In this document: positions 1 to 6,991 of the stretch, piece by piece | Layout: every line of letters starts with the position of its first letter | Numbering within the stretch: the stretch's first letter is position 1 | Origin: Selaginella moellendorffii | Lineage: Eukaryota > Plantae > Lycopodiophyta | Reading direction: 5' to 3' | Length of the DNA stretch: 9,139 nucleotides | NCBI RefSeq assembly: GCF_000143415.4 | Contig: NW_003314495.1 | Span: forward strand, 39,519 to 48,657 | Translations under genes and position numbers: made by a program | The notes under the pieces: generated by a model | Told to the model about the DNA's origin: nothing | Seen by the model: the letters and a program-made list of their open reading frames with translations, nothing else | Database searches by the model: none

Positions 1-124
1 GAAAATGTGGAGCAAGCTGGAACATCTTCCAAGTGACAAGAGAAAAGTCTTATGGAGGCGAGGTAGATCAAGAGTGCCAAGGAGGAGGAGCAGCAGCAGC
101 AAGAGGAGCTCGAGAGAATTCTCC

Positions 125-132
125 AAACCCTA
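125..132 (+). promoter_or_regulatory. Telo-box (AAACCCTA) in the WRKY leader/promoter
   Basis: Exact AAACCCTA at 125-132, upstream of the ATG at 298; this element is common near plant transcription start sites and in 5' UTRs. Confidence 0.45.
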
Positions 133-201
133 GGCGGAGCTACAGAAGCTTCTTCATCTCCATCGCGGTCTACAGCAACAGCGCTGATAACTTCTTCTTT
201 C

Positions 202-237
202 TCTTCCAGTTCTTCCAGTTCTTCCAGTTCTCCCAGC
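202..237 (+). repeat. 9-nt tandem repeat (TCTTCCAGT)x3 plus one degenerate copy in the WRKY leader
   Basis: TCTTCCAGT at 202, 211 and 220, then TCTCCCAGC at 229. Confidence 0.85.
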
Positions 238-297
238 TCTTCGTCGTCCTTGATCGCTAGCGGGATAGCTGCATCGGCCGCGCAGTCAGCAGCGCTG

Positions 298-2134
298 ATG
301 GACTCCACGGTTGCAGCAGCGGCTCCCTGGAGCTTCCACTTGGATCCCGCGATGGCGGCCATGGTGGACTCGGCGCAGCTTCTCTACAGTGGCGGCATCT
401 CGGGCATCATGGCCGGCAGCTCCACTGTTCCAGGCAGTAGCAGTAGTGGCGCTGCTGCCGCTGGGAGGCTCTACACCGACTGGAATTTGGCCGACTTTGA
501 CAACGCTGCTACTGCTGCTGCTCCTCGATCCGGAGTGGAAGCGTCGTGGTGGCAGCAAACTTTCCTCTCGCAGCAGCAGCAGCAGCAACAACAGCAGCAC
601 CACCACCATCGCCACCAAGAACACTTGGAACAAAGCTACAATCCCGCGGGATTTTTCTTGGACGACCCAGATGACGATCAAGTAGCGGCGCCGTCGAATC
701 AACAGCAGCTGGATCTGGCGAGCGCTGGTCATGCTGCTGCTGCTGCTAGCGCTGGTGTTGCTGCTGCTGCTGCTAGTGGATCGATAGCGTCTGGAGGGTC
801 AGGAGGAGGAGATCAGGCGATTGGAACTCCCACGTCCTTCACGTCCTCGTCGGGAGCCAGCGATGGCGACGAGGAGCACAAGGGAAATGTGGCATCGTCC
901 GGAGGATCGCTCAAGCGCAAGGCCGGGTCTTCCGAGGACGCGGAGAAATCGTCGTCGCTGGAGCCGCAGCCGCAACAACAGGAAGGAAAGAAACCGTAAG
1001 AACTCTCGGCAAACTTTTCACCATTTCTTCTCTTCCACTGGGCTTTTGGTTTGTTCTTGCGGTTTCGTTGATTTCTTCCGTGCTTTCGTGCTTTCATGCT
1101 TCTTGGGCTTGCGAGGATTTGCATCGTTGTAACTGGGCTGCCATGAATTTCAGTGTTGGCGGACGCCATAGCCATCCATCTCTTACGTATGCCCGCCTCG
1201 GGCATACGTGAGTCTACACTGGCATTTTTCAGGGAAGATTTTCGTGCTTCCAAAGGCAATGATGAAAACATGGAGTTGTTTTTGTCCTGGGCATTTGTGC
1301 ATTTGGATTTCATCCCTGACTGGAACTCTCATCTCACAGATCTCTCACCAAATTTTCCTGTCAATCGTTTGCTTCCAGAGCCAAGCCTCCAAAGAAAGGT
1401 CCCAAGCGAAACCGCGAGCCTCGCTACGCTCTCCAGACGCGCAGCGACGTGGATATCATGGACGATGGATTTCGGTGGCGAAAATACGGGCAAAAGGCCG
1501 TCAAGAACAGCCCCCATCCAAGGTACGTGAGCAAAAAACTGGATTTTTCTTCCGATCGATCACCAAGTTTTCTTTCTTCTCTCGCAGGAGCTACTACCGC
1601 TGCACCAACAGCAAGTGTCCAGTGAAGAAGCGAGTGGAGCGTTCCTGCGAGGACCCCGGAATTGTTATCACCACTTACGAAGGTACTCACACTCACCACA
1701 GTCCGGCGACGCTGAGGAGTTTGACGGAAGTTGGAGGCGGCGGAGGCGGAGGAGGTGCTGGAGCTGTGAATCCTTTCGGCAGCCAGCGCCCCGGATCGTT
1801 CACGCAGGCGCTGTACCAGACTATGCCTCACTTGCAAATGCAGCAGCAGCAGCAGCAGCAGCAATCGCTTCTCTCTGGCCTCGGAGCTAGAGGTGCCAGC
1901 TTCAATTTTCCATCGGCTCGAGCGCAAAGCCAGCAGCAGCAGCAGCAGCAGCAGCAATTCCTCCAGCAGCAAAGCCAGCTTCTCCAGCAGCAGCGGCAGC
2001 ACCAGCGAAGCCAGCAGGATCAGCAACAGTTTCTACAGCAGCACCAACAGCAAAGCCGGCAAGTAGGCCAAAGCCAGACTTTCACGGACGAAGGCCTGCT
2101 AGAAGATATGGTTCCTCCTGGTATGCGGAAATGA
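298..2134 (+). CDS. WRKY: Group IIc WRKY transcription factor (WRKY57-like), 3 exons: 298-995, 1379-1522, 1588-2134; 462 aa
   Basis: Splicing CC|gtaag(996)...ttccag|A(1379) and AG|gtacgt(1523)...cgcag|G(1588) keeps frame and gives [73 protein letters not shown]. This has WRKYGQK, a C-X4-C-X23-H-X-H zinc finger and the conserved phase-2 R-type intron after the PR. The C-terminal [15 protein letters not shown] is typical of IIc members. The first in-frame ATG is at 298; the ORF track's start at 250 is TTG. Confidence 0.95.
571..609 (+). repeat. CAG/CAA then CAC microsatellite encoding polyQ-polyH in WRKY exon 1
   Basis: cagcagcagcagcagcaacaacagcagcaccaccaccat read directly from the sequence. 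Confidence 0.9.
1841..2052 (+). repeat. Multiple (CAG)n tracts encoding the Q-rich WRKY C-terminal region
   Basis: Pure CAG runs at about 1841-1861 and 1931-1954 plus interrupted runs to about 2052. Confidence 0.9.
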
Positions 2135-2403
2135 AAATTGGAAACTTACCTCGATAGCAGGACCATCTCGAAGCAGCCAGGAGGTCGGTGTTTAAGTCTG
2201 GCCAAGCGAAGAAAGGTCCAGTTTTGCGCGTTCTACTGCAGCACCGAAAGGAGAAAAAGAAACGTACACATGAATTAGCAAATAACTTCCACGGCCCAGC
2301 GCATTTTGAGACAAGGTACCTGGTTCTGGGCCGCTACTAACACCTTCAGATGGAGCTCTTGTCACAAGGCACCATTTTTTTTTTGCTCGACGATCCAAGA
2401 GGC

Positions 2404-2821
2404 TTAAACATTTCCTCTCGCGCAGGCCTTTTCCGTTCCGATATAATTTGTTATATCAAGCCGCGGGGGGGAAGAGATGCTGCTTCGTAGTGTTACATTC
2501 ATTCCATCTGTGTAGCTCGCAATAAAACTTTTGGTCACTTTCACCATATCTGAGCGTTGCAGCGGGGGGAGCACAGAGCCGCAGTAGCGAAATCCCACCA
2601 GATGGATCATCCCATCTCGGGCAGCAGCAGCAGCAGGAGCAGCACTGAAATACCATAAAGCATGACAACAGCAGAGCTCGGCGATGGCATTAATGCAACA
2701 ACGTACCAGTTTGGACGAGGACTGATCGCGTCAAAAAGCCTGCAAAAACCACATATCTGGAACTCCAGAACCAAATGATCACTGGAAATGTGTGCATAGC
2801 TAGCTACCTGGGGGAGTACAT
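2404..2821 (-). other. Candidate small spliced transcription unit (exons 2821-2808, 2739-2707, 2644-2404); possible 95-aa orphan ORF or lncRNA/UTR exons
   Basis: Two canonical short introns on the minus strand: CAG|gtagct...tttttgcag (2807-2740, 68 nt) and CTG|gtacgt...atttcag (2706-2645, 62 nt). Splicing keeps ATG 2821 in frame to TAA 2404. No family recognised. Confidence 0.35.
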
Positions 2822-3372
2822 TCTTGTGTAAGTGCGCTTACACACACCGACACAAAGCCTTCGCGTACGAACCAGCTTCAAACGCTTCAACCGTCGAGAT
2901 CACCGGATCAAACCAGGACCACGCGGCTGGCCGCTGGAGAGATCATATAATAATACCCGGGTGGCTCGAATCGCGAGAGAGCGAGCGGAGACTCAGCAGT
3001 AGCAGTCGGATTGAAAAGTAGAGAAATCCATTAAAAAGGAAAGAGCGAGAGAGGGGAAGAGCCAATGTAGTAAACCTCGCAGCGGATGTGTGTCGTGCTG
3101 GTGTGGCCACGCTCCATCTTCAGTGAGGGCTGACATAGTTCGCGAATCGATCTGGTCAAAAACGAGAACGATTCACCCGGTCAGATGGCACGAACAGGAA
3201 AATTCTTTCTTTTCTAGCAAGCAACACCTACCAGTCTACTGGTTGACAAGCCTTCGTCAAGAACGCAAGAAGCGACACTTAAGGTGGGCTAACATAGCTG
3301 ACAATGCGTCCTGCTTTTGTTTACACCTCCAAGTTAGCCCCAGAAATCCAGCCAAACCAGATCTTACGCTCG

Positions 3373-4440
3373 TCAGTATGGCTGCCGGTGCTTCCTGTGG
3401 AAACGATGATACTGCTTCCGTTTCCTCTCGATCCCGCTTAGCTCCCGCTTCTCAATTTCCACCACCTTGATCGGGCTCAGCTTGAACGTCCCGTTTCTAA
3501 GCTTGGCTTGAGTGTTGTGGAACCAGTCCATATTCACGTTGTCCAGAGGAACTTTCGATGGATCGCCACCTGGACCCGCCTTGACTCTCCTGTACGCCTC
3601 CAGTAGAACGTCTATGTCCGACACCACCTCCATCAAGCTCCGGTACCTCCCATCCGGATCCGGTGCTAGCATGGACAGCTTCTGATGAACTTTCTTGCAG
3701 TGCTCGTCCTGGACTAACGATCTAGAGTCGTACTCCTTCTTCATCGCTCTGAGATAAGCGCCGGCTTCCTTACGAACCCGCCCAGCTTCCCCCTGCTGCT
3801 GCCTAAACTTCTCCTCGGCCTTCTTCACTGCGTCCTCCGGAACATTGGGAAGAACACGCGCGAGTTCTTCCATCAATCTATCCGAGACCGAAGGCTGCTC
3901 CACCTCTTTACTTTCTTCCGTATCCTTCTCGCTCAGTTCACTGCTAGGTGTTTCATCCATCCCCTCGTTCTCGCCCCAGAGATCGTTGTCGTTGAGAAAC
4001 GTATCACCCTCCTCAAACTCCGACCCCTGGTCTGAGTCGCCACCACCACCACCCTCTCCTTCGTCGTGGCTCCACATCGACTCACTCTCACTATAGCTCC
4101 CTTCTCCATCGCTCATATCGGACAATTGCTCGCGCTCGTCGAAGAAGGACTTCTCATTCTTGTCACTAGAGCTAGACTCGGTGGAGCAGGACCTCCGAGC
4201 ACCTGGAATGAGTAAGAACGGCTCTCAAACAACCGACTGGCAGGCAAGCATTCAAGCGGCGGAACGAGCGGAGAGAGCCTGACCTTCGAAACGTAGAAAT
4301 CCGCCGCTCGAGAGCCCGGAAACCAGCCGCGATGACGCCAGAGTGCTGTGAAACGGCCGCATTGACTCCAGCGCCGCGATTTCACGAGGAATCCTATGTG
4401 TGTCGAAGTACGTGAGCAGGCAACGGCGCCGGGAGATCAT
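3373..4440 (-). CDS. Nuclear-encoded, putatively organelle-targeted protein carrying only the N-terminal RT0/RT1 part of a group II intron maturase/RT; exons 4440-4284 and 4202-3373; 328 aa
   Basis: A phase-1 intron GAAG|gtcagg(4283)...cattccag(4203)|GT joins the 62-aa ORF (4252..4440) to the frame of the 250-aa ORF (3373..4125) with no stop. The segment 3660-3448, DPDGRYRSLMEVVSDIDVLLEAYRRVKAGPGGDPSKVPLDNVNMDWFHNTQAKLRNGTFKLSPIKVVEIEK, follows the group II intron RT0/RT1 pattern (L..AY..IK..PG...LDG....WF......L..G.F.F.P...V.I.K). I found no RT2-7/YADD or domain X in any frame downstream. Confidence 0.75.
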
Positions 4441-4647
4441 ACCTGAGGCATCGCGGCCGCTGGAAGGCCGATTGCCGCGGCGGCGCGCGCATTGTCGCGA
4501 TCAGGCGCCTCGCTATTCCCCTGCTCGCCATGAGAAGCCCCAAGCCCTAAACCCTTGTGAGCTAATGACATGGCAAATCAGCCCTAAAATATGATGACGT
4601 GTCTGCCAAGCGGGCGGATAATGTTTTAGGGTTTTAGGCGCGAGGGA
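4441..4647. promoter_or_regulatory. 207-nt divergent (bidirectional) promoter with telo-box-like motifs and an ACGT element
   Basis: Lies between ATG 4440 (-) and ATG 4648 (+). TTAGGGTTT at 4626-4634 (AAACCCTAA on -), AAGCCCTAA/AAACCCTT at 4542-4556, TGACGTGT at 4595-4602. Confidence 0.6.
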
Positions 4648-5048
4648 ATGGCTACAATATCCGGGAATGCGGCATCCATGGCGCTCGCGCGCCGCCTTGT
4701 CTCTCCTCCCCAGGCGCTGCGTTCCTCCTCGTCGCTCTCCAAGTCAAATCTGGCTGCGAAATCATCGCCTTGCGTGATTCTCCGGGCAAATGCCGCTGCC
4801 GCCAATGCCGAAGGCTCCAAATTGCGGCAGATTTCTTCGCTAGATTCCATGATTTGGAGAGCTAGGAATGGCAATGGCGCCGTGCTGCGAATGAGCACTC
4901 CCACAGTTTTATCGCTCCAAGGTATGCTGAGAAAATTCTCCATCTTACTTGTTCTTTCTTTCTCTCTCCTTTTCCTTCTTTCTTTTATTTTCTTGGCTTG
5001 TTTGCAGGCACTTTTATGTGCACGAGCACAACAGATGATGGTGGATAA
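4648..5048 (+). CDS. Small organelle-targeted (transit-peptide-like) protein, exons 4648-4921 and 5008-5048, 104 aa; weak resemblance to NFD6-like small proteins; alternative 3' exons possible
   Basis: Ser/Ala/Arg-rich, acid-poor N-terminus (MATISGNAASMALARRLVSPPQALRSSSSLSK). Strong donor CAAG|gtatgc at 4922, pyrimidine-rich intron, acceptor tttgcag|G at 5007. The spliced end reads SLQGTFMCTSTTDDGG*. The family assignment is a tentative recollection only. Confidence 0.5.
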
Positions 5049-5414
5049 TTCTCTTTTGTGGTCCTCTCTAGCAGGTCACGTCGTGCATTCCTTCTTGAAG
5101 AGTGGAGTCACGTAATTTTCTGGTGAAAGAGAGAAAGAGAGAGGGAGAGATTCTCGCCAAAGAGGTTGGAAGTTCTTTTATTTTTTGGTTTATCATTGAG
5201 AAACGGAACACAAACTTTCCTTCTACGAACAGTCACTAGAAAGGCTATATATCTTTGATCTGCCTGATGTTTTCGCGCTTTTACAGGCACCTCCAGTAGC
5301 AGAGCTGAAAGCTATCGGTATAGATGTTGGACTTTGGGTTTCCTTGCAGTGATCTAAACTCCTGTTTTATTTTTTCTTGTGCTTTGACAGGAGAGTCGGA
5401 TGCGACCAAAGTTT

Positions 5415-6623
5415 CTAGTTCCTCAGTCGGCAGTTTTTGCGAATCTCGCCTTCAGCCTTGACGTTAATAGCACCCATCCGGACCATGGCGTTTGCGAACT
5501 TGAACTGCCACATGTTTTCATCCTCGGCGTTTGACTCGGAAGAAAACTGGGTGAGCATGTCGCTGTGGAGCGTCTGATCTGAGATCATGAGCCCCATGTT
5601 GTTGACGAGGTTGGAGTAGTAGCGATTGTCAAACTGGGAAGGGGTGACAGGATCCAGCGGCACGACAGTTCTCGGATCAAAGTTCCTCGGACAGGCCTGC
5701 TTTAGTTTCCCGGCGTAAGCAGCGTCGAGATTCGGATCAGTATCAAACTCCGGGCTGAAGTNNNNNNNNNNNNNNNNNNNNNNNNNNNNNNNNNNNNNNN
5801 NNNNNNNNNNNNNNNNNNNNNNNNNNNNNNNNNNNNNNNNNNNNNNNNNNNNNNNNNNNNNNNNNNNNNNNNNNNNNNNNNNNNNNNNNNNNNNNNNNNN
5901 NNNNNNNNNNNNNNNNNNNNNNNNNNNNNNNNNNNNNNNNNNNNNNNNNNNNNNNNNNNNNNNNNNNNNNNNNNNNNNNNNNNNNNNNNNNNNNNNNNNN
6001 NNNNNNNNNNNNNNNNNNNNNNNNNNNNNNNNNNNNNNNNNNNNNNNNNNNNNNNNNNNNNNNNNNNNNNNNNNNNNNNNNNNNNNNNNNNNNNNNNNNN
6101 NNNNNNNNNNNNNNNNNNNNNNNNNNNNNNNNNNNNNNNNNNNNNNNNNNNNNNNNNNNNNNNNNNNNNNNNNNNNNNNNNNNNNNNNNNNNNNNNNNNN
6201 NNNNNNNNNNNNNNNNNNNNNNNNNNNNNNNNNNNNNNNNNNNNNNNNNNNNNNNNNNNNNNNNNNNNNNNNNNNNNNNNGTCACAGCCCTGTTCATCAA
6301 GTTGGCGAGGATTGGTGAGCAAGAATTCTTTCAATGACTACGGATTTTTCAAATCGATAACGATGCTGCCTAGATGAAAGGCGAGACAGAAGTTGATCAC
6401 GGACCTGGACGAAACAGTCGTGGAAGTGGAGACGAAGCAACGAAGCAGCGATGGATTGGTCTCGTGCCACGGCCGCGGTGAGAACTTTCTTGACAATCTC
6501 CTCGGCCATGGGACATCCATTTTGCTCGTAGTATCCAACAACGAGCTGAGCTTCCACACGGACAAGCGTGACAACAACACTCACCACCAATGCTGCTACT
6601 GCTTTGCGGACGACGAGCTCCAT
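5415..6623 (-). CDS. Class III secretory plant peroxidase; exon 1 6623-6405, exon 2 starts 6289, middle lost in the assembly gap, last exon visible 5761-5415
   Basis: Signal peptide MELVVRKAVAALVVSVVVTLVRVEA, then QLVVGYYEQNGCP and the distal-heme motif AASLLRLHFHDCFVQ|GCD split by the conserved phase-0 intron (6404-6290). The C-terminus has DPNLDAAYAGKLKQACP, LDPVTPSQFDNRYYSNL, GLMISDQTL and FANAMVRMG...GEIRKNCR. Confidence 0.95.
5762..6280. other. Assembly gap (519 N) inside the peroxidase gene
   Basis: Run of N bases. Confidence 1.
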
Positions 6624-6674
6624 CGCTCTTCCTCGCTCGGTGCTGTGACGACTCCCACTCCATCCATCACCACC

Positions 6675-6681
6675 ATTTATA
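6675..6681 (-). promoter_or_regulatory. TATA box of the peroxidase gene
   Basis: TATAAAT on the minus strand, about 50 nt upstream of ATG 6623. Confidence 0.6.
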
Positions 6682-6991
6682 CAGGTAACTTTGCTCCAAC
6701 TTGTTGAGTTGTGCTTGAGCTGTTTAGCAGAAATATCCTTTTCCAAATGATTTTGCGCGGCTTCTAGTGGAAGAGCAACTCCAGTAAAAAGTAAGCCCAC
6801 TTCCATTATTCTAGATTCTTGTCAGAATACATCGCTTGGCTCTAAAGCTACGAGAAAATCTTATGTACAGGTGACTGATCACTAGCAAAAAAAAAGAAGA
6901 AAAACGCTTCAATACGGCCGGTATGGATACTCTGCAAAGATTGAGTTAGCCCCTCTCACGCAAAGATTTTAAACAGGAACTTAGGTGCTAG

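Noticed and set aside
1153-1587. ORF-track proteins 1153..1530 and the N-terminal part of 1208..2134
   Set aside because: They run through WRKY introns or the wrong frame of exon 2; the spliced model gives the canonical WRKYGQK domain.
286-2026. Antisense and alternate-frame ORFs over WRKY (286..732, 311..685, 813..1313, 1424..2026, 1615..1890)
   Set aside because: Shadow ORFs caused by GC-rich codons and CAG/CTG repeats (polyL/polyS/polyA); no motifs.
2456-2668. Cys-rich ORF (CCSCCCCC) as a metallothionein or defensin-like peptide
   Set aside because: The Cys run is one reading of a (TGC/CTG)n microsatellite, the start is non-ATG and lies inside a predicted intron, and there is no family spacing.
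3100-3700. A complete group II intron, retroelement or NUMT around the RT0-like segment
   Set aside because: No RT2-7/YADD, no domain V-like hairpin recognised, no LTR/TSD seen; the gene has a spliceosomal intron and nuclear-like composition.
4922-5115. Hydrophobic 'transmembrane' segment in ORF 4648..5115
   Set aside because: It is the translation of a T/C-rich intron (4922-5007).
5702-6334. 210-aa and 185-aa ORFs across the N run
   Set aside because: Artefacts of translating through the assembly gap.
6624-6806. 61-aa N-terminal extension of the peroxidase from the ORF track start at 6806
   Set aside because: ATG 6623 directly begins a typical signal peptide, and a TATA box lies between the two ATGs.
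6640-6880. Plus-strand splice-like signals (cag|gtaact, aa|gtaagc, cag|gtgact) suggesting a host gene with the peroxidase nested inside it
   Set aside because: The implied introns are only about 35-46 nt, the upstream frame hits a stop without an acceptor, and the region is better explained as the peroxidase promoter with a TATA box.
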